A DNA stretch of 59,683 nucleotides, filler included. It is 5 parts of 5 records of this genome, joined end to end, with 100 filler letters (N's around TTAATTAATTAA, not from the genome) between each part and the next. Parts side by side here need not be neighbours in the genome. Positions count along the whole stretch, not along the records: positions 37,194 to 45,192 come from SRR2962707_1909; positions 45,293 to 59,683 come from SRR2962707_1913; 3 more parts are not named here. One strand, 5' to 3'. The notes beneath the pieces are model-generated. The model was not told the DNA's origin. It made no database searches and was given only the letters and a program-made list of their open reading frames with translations. Within the stretch, counting starts at the first letter, position 1; the number at the start of each line of letters is the position of its first letter. Shown here one piece after another: positions 37,343-48,678 of this stretch. The translations under genes and the position numbers were made by a program.

Positions 37343-40300
37343 ATGGTGAAAGACTTCTTACAATGGCCGCCGTCGCCTCAAGGAATGTGGCAACAAGGCC
37401 TCGTAGGCGCAGCTTCACTCGCAGCGCCTATCTTCTGGCTACTTCGAAGACCTCCCGCGTCAACTGAAGTCAGCGCAAGCCCGGCAGTGCTTCGACGGCT
37501 TGGCGTAGTTGCAGACACTTCTACAAATTTTGCAAATTTTTCGGGCCAGCTTCCGAGTGACCGTGTCGCGTTTGGGCACAGCAATCAGAGTGCTGCAGCG
37601 GAAGCTTCGGCACCACAAAGCCCCACCCGCAGGCAGGATGAGCTGCGGACTCGGATACACGACTCGCTCTACAGCCAAAGTGAGCTCACTGTTGGCGCCA
37701 TTGAAGATCTGATTGTTGCGATTGAGGCGTACGACAGAATGCGCAACGAGACGACTGTAGAGACGCCGCTTGAACCGGAGACGCCGGGTGGCTCTGTTCC
37801 CACGACGGCAGCTGCTGTGCATGCGTGGAGAACCCAACTCCGACACCGAGTTGTCTTGGCTCTGGAAAGGGCGACGCAACTACAGTCCTTCCGGGATGTT
37901 AGCCGTCTTCTGAGAGCATATAGCACGGTACAGAGTGCAGTGGGTCATGAACTTAAGTCAGTTGCGCAGTTTGGGGTTGACGCCCAGCGGAATGCAGGCG
38001 GAAATGATTCAACCTCTGTACGTGACACAGACGAAGTAATTCTGGTTCGCCACGCACGGTCCCTGCTGGCAGGACGTTGGACGCGATGGGTTCGGCGACT
38101 AAAGACGCTGGGGCACATTGCAAGAGCAAATTTGCTATGGTTGCTGCTGGGATTTGGTACAGGCGTGGTTCATGGGATTTGGCAGTCCGTATTTTACCGA
38201 TATTTTGGGATGCTCCAGAATGCTGCTTTTGAAGGGAAAGTTCGGGCTGCCTGGCATGCTGCAGCAGCACTCATTGTGCATCAGGTTGGTTGATGATTCG
38301 GGAACAGGTTGTAGGCCATGGCCATGTTTTGGAAGCCCGGTGAAATGTTCGCACCGTGGTGGTTGCTTGGAACTGACTTCTAGGTAATAGGTCGCCTGCT
38401 CGAAACTTTTGGTGCAGAATGCATGGCTCGCGGAGGAAAAGCTATCAAGGCATCTGTGCAACAAAGGTTGTTCGAACGATTGTTGCGCGCACCGCTTGCT
38501 TTCTTGGACCGGCTCCCAGCTGGGGCCGCTGCAGGGTTTCTTCGAGACATTGCAGAGCTTGAAGATGGATTGCTGCACATCCCAGTGGAAGTTGCTAGGT
38601 CTGTCGGGACTCTTGTGCCCGCGGCTTTAGCAGTGTGGAGGCGGCGAACGATCCCGCTGTTTTTTGTTGTCACGCTTATGGGACCGGGGCTTGCCGCAGT
38701 GTCAAGTCTAGCAGCAATTCGATCAACAGCTATTGAGAGAAACATTCGAGCACTGGAGGCCGGTCGCACGGTGCGTTGGGATTTGGCTTTAACATCAAAT
38801 GATTTCGTCGTGGAGTACGACGAGCTGTTTGCAGCTTTTCTGGTCTTTGCCCACCCGATCACTCGCTTCGTTCGTTTCAAAACAGGCGGAAGATGAGCTG
38901 GTTCTTGGCAGCCACCTTCGAACGATTCGCTCATTCACGGACGAAGACTTTGAGGTGGCACGGTACGTGTTGATTTTCTTTGCTTGAAGATTCCTTCCGT
39001 TCGCTTTGGTCGTTTTCTCGGGGTCTTTGTTGTCATCTGGAAGAAGTGTCAGCGTTCAACTGGTGAGCTTACCGTCGATTGCGTGTATGCGTGTCTGGAA
39101 GATATGGGCAATTTCTTCGACGCCGTGCCATCCTTGAACGCTCTGCGTTGTTTGCAAGCACCCTGTCTGATCTGAATTACATTGTAGCTCAAAGCGGGAG
39201 GATGGGACTGTTTGTCGTGCTGGCTGGTGGGTGCTTTGCATCAACACCATACCTGATTGCAGTGTCTGAAGTGAGTGCATTGATTGTAGCATATTCGAAC
39301 ATGAGTGTCCATCCCGACTGTCTCTGGTAGGTATGGTTCGCTCAAAGTCATTAGCACCCGAGGAATTTCTTGGATTTGCTGACCAGGTCAACGTTGGATT
39401 GAACTGTCTTACACAGCTATATGAGGCAGGAGGTCGATTTTGGAGAGTAATGGATCCAGCGGGTAGAGTGCTTGAACTGCTTGGGCTCCAGGGCGAGGAG
39501 GACCATGGTCACAGTTTGGAAGCCGATGCGAAGCAACGGGCTGTGAAAGCTTCATTGTCGCATGGAAACCAGCGGAACGATCGGGGGCGTTCAAGGGCAA
39601 GTGATCGGCCTTCAAAGACCATGACTGTCTCGATCGCGCACGGTGACGTGGAGTTCCGAAATGTTTGGTTCAGGTCCGAGATCTTCGTGCATATCGCAGG
39701 CTTCAGTTTTTGTTTGAAGTGTGATAGATCTGAGGATTGCTGGGTGTGAAACGTGTTTTGTCGTCATGGTTTGGAGCTTAAACTGATTGATAGAGCTGTT
39801 TGTTTTGCTCATTTGTGACAGCTATCCACTTCGCCGTAACATACCGGTACTACGAAATGTGAGTTTTGTGGTTCCAGGCGGAACCGCCACAGCCATCGTT
39901 GGGTCGTCCGGTTGTGGAAAGAGCACAGTTTTGGGGCTATTACAGCAAATGTACCAGCCGACGCGCGGCGCAATTACCCTTGGAAAAGCGAATATCGCGA
40001 CTCTAGGTGCAGCAGCGCTGCGGCAACACATTGCCGTTGTGGACCAAGGTCCACAGATTTTCCCACGACGATCGATCCGTGGGAATGTGTTGGTTGGTAC
40101 GGGTGGCCTTCCAATGGATAATGGCTTCGACCAGCAACTCGAATCGAACCTTGTTCGCTCGGCGTTGTCTGATGCGGGACTCCTGGAGTTTTGCGACAAG
40201 TTACCGGAGGGTGTGGATACATGGGTTGGAGGAGGTGAGGTACGCGCAGCCCAAGAATTCAGTCACAAAGCATCCGCTCAAAAGGACGGGCGGTCGAGTC

Positions 40301-40665
40301 GACGATTTTCACCAAGTTGTTCTGGAGGCGGGAATCTCAGCGGTGGGCAGCGCGCAAGGCTGGCCATTGCCCGTGCCATCGCGCGGCGTGCCCCTTTGTT
40401 GCTTCTCGACGAGGCGTTTAGCAACCTGGACGGAACTACGCAAGCCAATGTTCGGCTTGCTTTGCGACGGCTTGTCGAGAAGGAAGGCCAAACTGTGATC
40501 GCAGTGTCGCATCAGCTTCACACGCTTAGTTGGGTCGACCAAATCATCGTCCTTGAAAATGGAAGTGTTGCTGAGATAGGGTCATTCAAGGACCTTGCCA
40601 GTCGACCATTGGGTCGCTTTGCCGCCATGCTCCATGCAGGGCGAGCACCCGACGCGACACGCTGA
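37343..40665 (+). CDS. Spliced eukaryotic ABCB-type half transporter (TMD + NBD)
   Basis: GT-AG introns 38285-38383, 38771-38885 and 38963-39101 join frames into ABC TMD motifs (LFERLLRAPLAFLD, RTIRSF, EVARY). Last exon has GSSGCGKS, LSGGQ, LLLDEA, SH. Later introns not mapped exactly. Confidence 0.82.
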
Positions 40666-40874
40666 CCGCACAGTTTTATTTCGGCAATAGGTTGGCCGCA
40701 TACACTGCGCAAAAACAAAACGCGAATACTTCTATTTGTTGAGTAATATTATTGTGATTAATACACTGCAAAGGTTAGCCGAAGCTACTTTGATCACATT
40801 CATGGGGGATAGACGCCTGACGGCGCGGAAAAGCACACTGTGGGCCGGGGTACGGCTGCCTGTTTGGACTGCGA

Positions 40875-43800
40875 CTACTCGGCGAGCATTGGTGACTCGC
40901 TCACTACAGGCCCACGCACGGAAATAATTTTCACAACGTGGGATCGTGGAAGGCTGCCAAAATAGTCCATGCGCGGGAACGACCGAATGCGCCCTTCTAC
41001 GACAGCGTCGGTGTCGGAGGTGGTTGGTGTGGCCATGGCAACGCCCCGCACCCGCAAAGTCCCATCCTCGTTGGTTCCTACCACTATGCCATCACATTCG
41101 CGCATCGACCCAGGATGCACGATTCGCACACGAGTGTGCGGTGGGATATGGTCGTCATTGTCGACATCAGACTTGATATCCACCCGCACATCTGACAGTG
41201 CGTCAGTTTCAGAACTGGGCACATCAGAGATCACAAATTGCCGCGGCCTGGCCATTGGCAATGGAGGCACTGTCTGTCTTGCAGCCAAGACGGTGCCAAG
41301 TGAAGGGGCAAATGCCTCGTCCCTATCTGGCACGGGCGGCAGCGGCGCATGGTCAATATCATCGAGGGTTGCAGGATGCTGCGAGGCTTCCATCAGGGCT
41401 TCAGCGTCGCGGGCCGCGTTGCTGCTGCGACGGCGACTGCGCTGCCGAGGACGATCAAATCCCGGCGACAAATTGCCGCTGGGCATGCCTCGAAACACTC
41501 TGCGAAACGACCCGTTCGGACTTACCCGGCCACCAGATGCATCGTCTGTGAACATCGATGTCAACCGTTCTAATTGAGCTCGCACCTCACCAATACTTTC
41601 CCGGGCATTCGGATCGTGGTGCCAGCAACGGTCAGCAACCTGGCGCAGCTCCTCCAAAAATTTAGGATGTTTTGCCAAGAAGTGGTCGCTGCCTGCTGGT
41701 TCCTTGGGCAATGCGTTAGAAGTGCCAGCTGCCTTGGCAGATGCGCGACGAGCATTCATCGTTCCCGCAAGACCGCCATCATCAGCGCTGTCCACGCTCC
41801 CGAGGCTGCCACTCACTGCATCATCGCCATGTCTACGCTGAGGCCAAAAGCCAAACGATTCCGATGGTGCGCGGATGGCACCAGGGGTTTCGAGACTTGG
41901 CTGATACGAACCCGGGGCAAATGCGTCCGGTGACAGTGACAGATTTGCTGATGTTGGAGGCGACACGGGAGTCGAGTTCGCGGACGACGGAGCAACAGAA
42001 CTTGTTCGTGGCAGTGGCGGCGTGAGGGCCTGAATCCAGCACGGCGGCTCATTCCAGCTCGGTCGCTGGCGCTGATGCACCACGGCTTTCATAATCGCGA
42101 ATTTGCTGTGCCCAAGCTCGTACCATGGGTCGGCGCGTGTAAAAATCTCCCACAACACGATAGCAAAGCTGTACACGTCTGAGCTCAGCATCGCATGAAC
42201 GGAATCATAATGGTAGCGTGAGTAGGCGTCCGTGAAAAGCTCTGGCGCAAGGTAACGCAAAGTCCCCACCTTGGTGGTCAAAGACAAGCTTGTCTCGTCA
42301 TCCTCGGCTTCATTGCCGGCATCGCCGGAGGCAGCACCGCCACTCATCGGATTGAGATCAGCACGGCTCACGCCGCCATTCGGAGACGGTGTGAAAAATA
42401 ACCCTCTCCGGCCTTGCCCTGCAGCTGCCCGCGGCGTTCGGCCCGCGTTGCCAACCGGCGCCGAGCGAGAGAGTATATCGGCACCACCATGGTCCTGGTG
42501 CCCAACCTGCGCCAGAGGTGTCGAGGGCCCATGATCCAGGGCGTCGGCGGCCCCGAAGCTTGACGAGGCGCCACGACCCTGGCCCCAATCTTGCCCCTGC
42601 GTTTGAAACAGCACCATTTTGTGAACGGCTGCTGCAGCGGCAGCATGGCCGCCAGCTTGAGGTGGGCGGAACACTGCACGCACTGCGCGACTGTGCTGCA
42701 CATGCATACCCATCGAGGGGTAATTGTTGGTTTGAGTGTCGTTGGCAGTGTCGGGGACAGGACGAGCAGGGCTACCGCCAGGGCGTCGGCCGGCGGTGAT
42801 GCGACGTTCTCCACCAACGCGATAGTTGCCAAAATCAATAAGTTTGACCACCCAGTTTTCGTCAACAAGGATGTTGGAGCTTTTCAAGTCACGGTGCATA
42901 ATGCCTTTGCCGTGCAAGTACTGCATTCCAGCAGCGACTCCACGCGCGATGTGAAGGCGCAATGGTAGTGACAGCACGAAGCTGGGGTCACTCAGAACGC
43001 GCTTCAGGCTTCCAAAACGGCAGAATTCAGTGGCAACTCCAAATCCCGATTCGCCGCCGGGCGTTTCAATCCAGGTCACAACACCATATGTGCGGATTAC
43101 GTTGGGGTGCTGTAGCTTGCTCAGCACAACCGCCTCGCGCATGAGGTCCTCAATGTCGTGGCGAGCACGCTCGGCAGCAGCCAGGGACTCCACTGCTTTG
43201 CCGTCGGCGTCAAGTCCACTCGACGAGTGCGCGACGACGAGTTTGATTGCGGTCTCATAATGGTTTTGAAGAACAGCACGGTACACTCTTTTCCGCTTGT
43301 AGCGGTACACACAGGGCCCGAAGCAGATCTCGCGCTGCGGGTTCTGAATGGCAGTTTCTGCAAACACAGCATCTTGCTCATCGCGCATCTCACGCACAAG
43401 CGAATTGTCGGACGAGTCTGACAACGATGGATATCGGCGGGTGCGAAGCGCCCCAAAGGGTTGGGCACGTCCTGGCGTGGCTGGGGTCGGGGCAGCTTGC
43501 GCATCGTTGGGGCGTGCAGTTTGGATATCGGCATCGAGTGCATCGTCGTTCTTGGCGAGCAAGCGTTGGTACTTACAGCCGAGCACGGCATTGGCGGAGA
43601 GCGAAGCAATGCAAATCGCCATGACTGCAATGGCCACAATAGAGGGGGCGCAAGATGCCCATGTATCGCAGTCGAACGGAGAAAAGCACCATGACCCATC
43701 GTTCAAGGTGAAGGGGACTGTGATAGGCTTGTCTAAGTCCATTTGTGCGAGGCCCACGACCGAGCTCGCGTTGCCAAAGCTGTCGACGTCGTCCCGAGAG

Positions 43801-44156
43801 ACAGTTTCCGCAGCGAGAGGTGGTGTGACGCCAGCTGTCGCCGCAACTGTGGGCAAATACATTGGCGAGAGGGTGACTGTGACTTGGGCGTTGCCTCCGA
43901 GAACATGCTCGACACTGGCACACAAGCTCGCTTCCGCGTCTTCAAGTGCTTGAGTGACACTGCTGCTGTGGTTATTGTTGTTGTTGCTGCTGTGGGCTGG
44001 CAAAATCCTACTCTGCAAAGAGCCCCAATCCACGACACAAAGGCGTGGCTTGGCGTTCGAGCCGGCGTCGAGTGGCTGTGAGGCAACCAAAGTTGGAGAC
44101 ACAAGGAGTGCCCAACAACAAGTGGCAACCGCTGCAACAGCACCACCCCGGCCCAT
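40875..44156 (-). CDS. Eukaryotic receptor-like TKL Ser/Thr/Tyr protein kinase
   Basis: Signal peptide, TM helix, AIK, HPNVI, HRDLKSSN, DFG, GTLRYLAPE, DVYSFAIVLWE, CW..DP..R. Confidence 0.9.
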   Translation of the reverse strand: MGRGGAVAAVATCCWALLVSPTLVASQPLDAGSNAKPRLCVVDWGSLQSRILPAHSSNNNNNHSSSVTQALEDAEASLCASVEHVLGGNAQVTVTLSPMYLPTVAATAGVTPPLAAETVSRDDVDSFGNASSVVGLAQMDLDKPITVPFTLNDGSWCFSPFDCDTWASCAPSIVAIAVMAICIASLSANAVLGCKYQRLLAKNDDALDADIQTARPNDAQAAPTPATPGRAQPFGALRTRRYPSLSDSSDNSLVREMRDEQDAVFAETAIQNPQREICFGPCVYRYKRKRVYRAVLQNHYETAIKLVVAHSSSGLDADGKAVESLAAAERARHDIEDLMREAVVLSKLQHPNVIRTYGVVTWIETPGGESGFGVATEFCRFGSLKRVLSDPSFVLSLPLRLHIARGVAAGMQYLHGKGIMHRDLKSSNILVDENWVVKLIDFGNYRVGGERRITAGRRPGGSPARPVPDTANDTQTNNYPSMGMHVQHSRAVRAVFRPPQAGGHAAAAAAVHKMVLFQTQGQDWGQGRGASSSFGAADALDHGPSTPLAQVGHQDHGGADILSRSAPVGNAGRTPRAAAGQGRRGLFFTPSPNGGVSRADLNPMSGGAASGDAGNEAEDDETSLSLTTKVGTLRYLAPELFTDAYSRYHYDSVHAMLSSDVYSFAIVLWEIFTRADPWYELGHSKFAIMKAVVHQRQRPSWNEPPCWIQALTPPLPRTSSVAPSSANSTPVSPPTSANLSLSPDAFAPGSYQPSLETPGAIRAPSESFGFWPQRRHGDDAVSGSLGSVDSADDGGLAGTMNARRASAKAAGTSNALPKEPAGSDHFLAKHPKFLEELRQVADRCWHHDPNARESIGEVRAQLERLTSMFTDDASGGRVSPNGSFRRVFRGMPSGNLSPGFDRPRQRSRRRSSNAARDAEALMEASQHPATLDDIDHAPLPPVPDRDEAFAPSLGTVLAARQTVPPLPMARPRQFVISDVPSSETDALSDVRVDIKSDVDNDDHIPPHTRVRIVHPGSMRECDGIVVGTNEDGTLRVRGVAMATPTTSDTDAVVEGRIRSFPRMDYFGSLPRSHVVKIISVRGPVVSESPMLAE

Positions 44157-44639
44157 CTTTCGTTCGTTTCAAAAAACCAACAAAGAAGAGTGGACAGTCA
44201 CAAAACACGGACACGACCGCTCAGCCTTCTGAGCTCGAAGGGCTCATTTTTTTGTTCTCACTTCGTGTGAGTGTGAACTTTCGCTGCCAGCACCGGAGCG
44301 CCCACTCGTTCTCGGAGATGAGACAGCGACGCGCAACACCCCAAAGAAAGCTGAGAAACAAACAAGAAGACAAAACAGAACGAACAATAAAAAAAAATAA
44401 AAAAGTAAGACAACTTGGAAACTTGACTCCACAGGCCAGACGGGACAGGGAGGGGAAGGCGAAGAAACAGCAACAGAAAACGAAACAGAAAAAAACAAAA
44501 GCCGTCTCGCACTCACTGCCTCAGGCCTCGTCGACAGTTTTAGAACACGCAGCGCCCGCCCACACCAGCCCACACACCCGCAGACACTGCGTACGGACAG
44601 ACTTTCAGACTTTCAGAGCACGCACAAGTCAGAGAAAGG

Positions 44640-44895
44640 TGAGTGGGTCTTCGTGAGTGCGAGCGAGACCGCGTTCGTTGTCGTGAGTCTCCGCACGTCT
44701 CCCGAAGTCAATGCTTGTGCTCTGTCGTTGTGAGTGAACAGCCGGCCGCCGTGGGCGAGCGAGTGCGTGAGAGTGAGAGCCTTTGTGTGTGTCTTGAGTA
44801 AGCGAGCGAGTGAGTGAGAGTGAGTTAGTGAGCGAGCATCTGTGTGAGTGCGAAAGAACGCGAGAGCCAGCGAGGAGTGAGTGAGTGAGTGAGCT
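44640..44895. repeat. Degenerate (GAGT/GAGC)n low-complexity tract
   Basis: Many tandem GAGT/GTGA units. Also present at 45170-45192. Confidence 0.8.
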
Positions 44896-45192
44896 CTGCA
44901 GCATGCCAGCTACACCGATCAACTAGCCCCTTCAACATCGCTTCAAAAGCCGTTAACAAATTGATTAACTAACTGCATCATCACGCGCTCGCGCGCGCTC
45001 CTACCGAGAGCGTCCACAGGGCGACCGTCCGTCCGTCCGTCCACAGGGCGACTATCGACCCCGTGAAAAAGTCATTTGGCCTCACTGCCACGCCCTGAGT
45101 AAAAGAGTTCATTTTTGAGTCGACCCGAAGAGGTCACTTTAAGCGCGAACCAATGTAAGCGGGTGCGTGCGTGAGTGAGTGTGAGTGAGTGA

Positions 45193-45292
45193 NNNNNNNN
45201 NNNNNNNNNNNNNNNNNNNNNNNNNNNNNNNNNNNNTTAATTAATTAANNNNNNNNNNNNNNNNNNNNNNNNNNNNNNNNNNNNNNNNNNNN
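45193..45292. other. Artificial contig linker
   Basis: N-run, TTAATTAATTAA, N-run. Confidence 0.98.
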
Positions 45293-45455
45293 AGTCCGGC
45301 CTTGGGTACCACCTTGTTTTTGCAAGGCTTTCCGTGAAAAAATGATGATGATTATCGGTGAAAACTTAATGTTTCACCGGTGTTATCATCATTTTCGCGC
45401 TTGGGTTTTCGTGCCGTGGGCATGTCGCAGCTCCCTGATTTTATTGTCTTAATAT

Positions 45456-46070
45456 CTATCTGTCAGGGTTTTCACGCCGCCATGTTGCCCAGGCTTCTGG
45501 CGTGTCCAGATCGCGGCGGGCGTGTTGATCTGGCAGGGGAATAAGCTGCGTTTGATCCTGTGCCGCAGCGACAATATCGCGCCCGCCGCTGTCGCCCCTA
45601 AGGCTGGCAAGCCCCGCAAAATGTTCGGCCGCAAAGATGATGGGATGACCCGGCTTGCCATCCGCCGTGGCACCGCGCCAGATCGAGTTGCCCGACGTCA
45701 AATCAACACGCCCCAAACAGGTCGTCAGATCATCGGTGGTGAGATCCGGCAAATCGGCAAGCAGCATCATTGCGGCGGCAGTATCCGGCGGCAAGGCGGC
45801 AACCCCGCGTCTGATCGAGGCATTCATCCCTTCATCCGCATCACGAACAGGGACCAGCGTTACATCCAGATCGTCAATCACGCCGTAGCGCGGGTGCGGT
45901 GCCGGCGGCAGCGTGACAAAAACCGGCCCTGTCGTGGTGCCCAGCGCCATCAACACCTGACGCCGCAGCAATGGGATACCGTCAACGATTTCAAGCAACT
46001 TGTCGCGCCCGCGCATGCGCGAAGACTGACCCGCAGCAAGCAGAATAATCGGGATGTTGGTTGTGCTCAT
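45456..46070 (-). CDS. MocA/MobA-like NTP transferase (molybdenum cofactor cytidylyltransferase family)
   Basis: LLAAGQSSRM, KLL, GHP, GDSGGR, DLDTPE. Confidence 0.88.
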   Translation of the reverse strand: MSTTNIPIILLAAGQSSRMRGRDKLLEIVDGIPLLRRQVLMALGTTTGPVFVTLPPAPHPRYGVIDDLDVTLVPVRDADEGMNASIRRGVAALPPDTAAAMMLLADLPDLTTDDLTTCLGRVDLTSGNSIWRGATADGKPGHPIIFAAEHFAGLASLRGDSGGRDIVAAAQDQTQLIPLPDQHARRDLDTPEAWATWRRENPDR

Positions 46071-46108
46071 GCTCTATCGTTAACGGGATTTCGCAGCGCG
46101 GTTAAGCC

Positions 46109-48517
46109 CTAGCCGCGCATGCGGGCACCATCGACGTCAAACAGCGTTGTGGTGATCAGTCGGGCAGGGCACATCTTGCCCAGAATCTCGATCTCGACCA
46201 TCAGCCCCTCGCGTTTGCTGTTCGTGGGCACGAAACCCAACGCGATGGATTTGCGCGCGAAATGCGAATAGCCCCCTGATGTGCAAAAGCCCACCACATG
46301 ACCATCATGCCAGATCGGCTCGTAGCCATGCACATCCGCGTCAATGCTATCGACCTCAAAGGCGCACAATGTGCGATCCGGCCCTTTATGTCGTTCGGCC
46401 TCAGCAGCAGATCGTCCAATGAAATCAACGTCTTTCTTGAAACTGATAAAGCGATCAAGTCCCGTTTCAGCGGCGGTATAATCCGGTGAAAACTCGGACA
46501 TCCAGCTGCCAAAGAACTTGTCCAGGCGCAGGGACATCATCGCACGCATGCCAAATGGGATCATGTCGAATATTTTGCCCGCTTCCCAAAGGGTATTCCA
46601 AAGGCTGCGCTGATCCATCGGGTCGCAGTAAATCTCAAACCCCAAATCGCCGGTGTAGCTGACACGCTGGACCAGACAATTCGTCATACCAACGGTCATT
46701 TCACGCACATCCATAAATTTGATCTCGCCGACATCCGCGCGGCTGCAGGCCTGCAAAAGCTTGGCCGCGTTTGGCCCCGCGATCTGAAACCCGTTGCGCC
46801 TGTCCGATATATTCTCAACCCGGACATCGCCGTTTAGATGCTGGGTAAACCAGCGCATGTGATAGGCCTGCGCGCCATAAGATGCGGTGAGTTGAAAGGT
46901 TTCGTCGCCCAGACAGGAGATGGTGAAATCGCCAATCAGCTTGCCATTTTCTGACAGCATCGGCGTGAGCGACATGCGCCCAGATTTGGGGACGCGTCCG
47001 GCCATGATCCGGTCCAGCCAAGCCCGCGCATCGGTGCCCGTGATCAGATATTTCCCGAAATTCTGCACCTCGTTGATGCCCACACTGGCGCGGACGCCTG
47101 CAACCTCGCGCGCGGTAGCGTTGAACGCGTCGGACCGGCGGAAAGATGGGGTTTCAAAACGCGGCTCATCCCCGTGGGCAAAGTAATTTGCGACCTCAAG
47201 ACCGTATTGCTGGCCCCAAACCGCGCCCATGTCGCTGAAAATGTCATACATGGGCGTTGTGCGATGCGGCCGCGCGGCGGGCAGTTCTTCGTTCGGATAG
47301 GACACTGAGAACCGTTTTTGGTAGTTCTCGATCACCTTGGGCAGGGTATAGCCGGGGCTGATCCAGTCGCCGAACCGCGCGACATCCATCGCCATCACAT
47401 CGCGTGCCGGTTCGCCCTCGATCATCCATTGCGCCAGCATCAATCCGACACCGCCCCCCTGAGAGAACCCTGCCATCACACCGCACGCCGACCAGTAATT
47501 GCGCACGCCCGGCACAGGGCCGACCAACGGGTTGCCGTCGGGGGCAAAGGTAAACGGCCCGTGGATTACGGATTTCACCCCCGCAGTGGCCAGCACGGGG
47601 AAACGTTTATACGCAAAATCAATGCTTTGTTCAATCTTGTCAAAGTCATCCGGCAACAGTTCGTGGCCAAAGCCCCAAGGCGTGCCATCCACCGCCCATG
47701 GTCGCGCGGATTGCTCATAAAACCCGATGCACAGCCCGCGCCCTTCTTGGCGCAGATAGCTTTCTCCGGCGGGGTCCATCACATGGGGGTGCTCGGCGTC
47801 ACGCTCGTAAATCTGCGGGATGTCATCGGTCACGATATACTGGTGTTCCATCGGGTGAAGCGGCAGGTAAACGCCCGCCATGGCCCCAACCTCGCGCGCC
47901 CAAAGTCCGCCCGCGTTAATCAGATGTTCGGTGTGGATCGTCCCCTTGTCGGTGACCACATCCCATGTGCCATCCGCTCGCTGATTGGTTTCACGCACCA
48001 TGCAATGGGTCTCGATCGTGGCACCGCCCATGCGCGCCGCTTTGGCATAGGCGTGGGTTGTGCCCGACGGGTCAAGATGCCCATCAAGCGGATCGTAAAG
48101 CCCGCCGATAATGCCATCCAGATTGGTGATCGGCGCGATTTTGGCGATTTCTTCCGGCCCGACGATCTCGGTATCCAGCCCCATAAAGCGGTGCTTGGCC
48201 CGTTCTGCCAACATCATATCAAAGCGTTCCGGCGTATCGGCAAGCGTCACGCCGCCGACGTGGTGCAACCCGCAAGACATGCCGGTGATTTCTTCCAGCT
48301 CTTTGTACAGACGGATCGTATAGCCCTGTAATGCGGCCATATTCGTATCGCCGTTCAGCGTGTGAAATCCGCCCGCCGCGTGCCATGTGCTGCCCGACGT
48401 CAGTTCTGACCGCTCTACCAGCATCACGTCTTTCCAGCCAAGCTTTGTCAGGTGATACAGCACGGACGCGCCGACAACGCCGCCCCCAATAACAAGCGCG
48501 CGGGTGGTGGTTTTCAT
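46109..48517 (-). CDS. GcvT-family FAD oxidoreductase (dimethylglycine/sarcosine dehydrogenase-like)
   Basis: IGGGVVG, LTSGSTWHAAG, SYTGDLGFE, SLRLDK. Confidence 0.93.
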   Translation of the reverse strand: MKTTTRALVIGGGVVGASVLYHLTKLGWKDVMLVERSELTSGSTWHAAGGFHTLNGDTNMAALQGYTIRLYKELEEITGMSCGLHHVGGVTLADTPERFDMMLAERAKHRFMGLDTEIVGPEEIAKIAPITNLDGIIGGLYDPLDGHLDPSGTTHAYAKAARMGGATIETHCMVRETNQRADGTWDVVTDKGTIHTEHLINAGGLWAREVGAMAGVYLPLHPMEHQYIVTDDIPQIYERDAEHPHVMDPAGESYLRQEGRGLCIGFYEQSARPWAVDGTPWGFGHELLPDDFDKIEQSIDFAYKRFPVLATAGVKSVIHGPFTFAPDGNPLVGPVPGVRNYWSACGVMAGFSQGGGVGLMLAQWMIEGEPARDVMAMDVARFGDWISPGYTLPKVIENYQKRFSVSYPNEELPAARPHRTTPMYDIFSDMGAVWGQQYGLEVANYFAHGDEPRFETPSFRRSDAFNATAREVAGVRASVGINEVQNFGKYLITGTDARAWLDRIMAGRVPKSGRMSLTPMLSENGKLIGDFTISCLGDETFQLTASYGAQAYHMRWFTQHLNGDVRVENISDRRNGFQIAGPNAAKLLQACSRADVGEIKFMDVREMTVGMTNCLVQRVSYTGDLGFEIYCDPMDQRSLWNTLWEAGKIFDMIPFGMRAMMSLRLDKFFGSWMSEFSPDYTAAETGLDRFISFKKDVDFIGRSAAEAERHKGPDRTLCAFEVDSIDADVHGYEPIWHDGHVVGFCTSGGYSHFARKSIALGFVPTNSKREGLMVEIEILGKMCPARLITTTLFDVDGARMRG

Positions 48518-48678
48518 CTTGGCTCTCCCTTGGGGCGGTTTTACCGGATCGTTGCAAGCGCACATCGGGCAGGCATGTTGCTCAGCGACAAATCATGTCG
48601 GGTTTTGACCATGCACGCCCCATCGGCCGGGCAAAGCATCGCTGGACAAGGGATCATGCCGCATTAGATATGGATGCT

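Noticed and set aside
44640-45192. GAGT repeats as telomere or functional array
   Set aside because: Degenerate microsatellite typical of eukaryotic intergenic DNA.
11112-45292. Four identical TTAATTAATTAA palindromes in N-runs
   Set aside because: Artificial concatenation linkers. No cross-contig gene associations (for example ICE with integron) were inferred.
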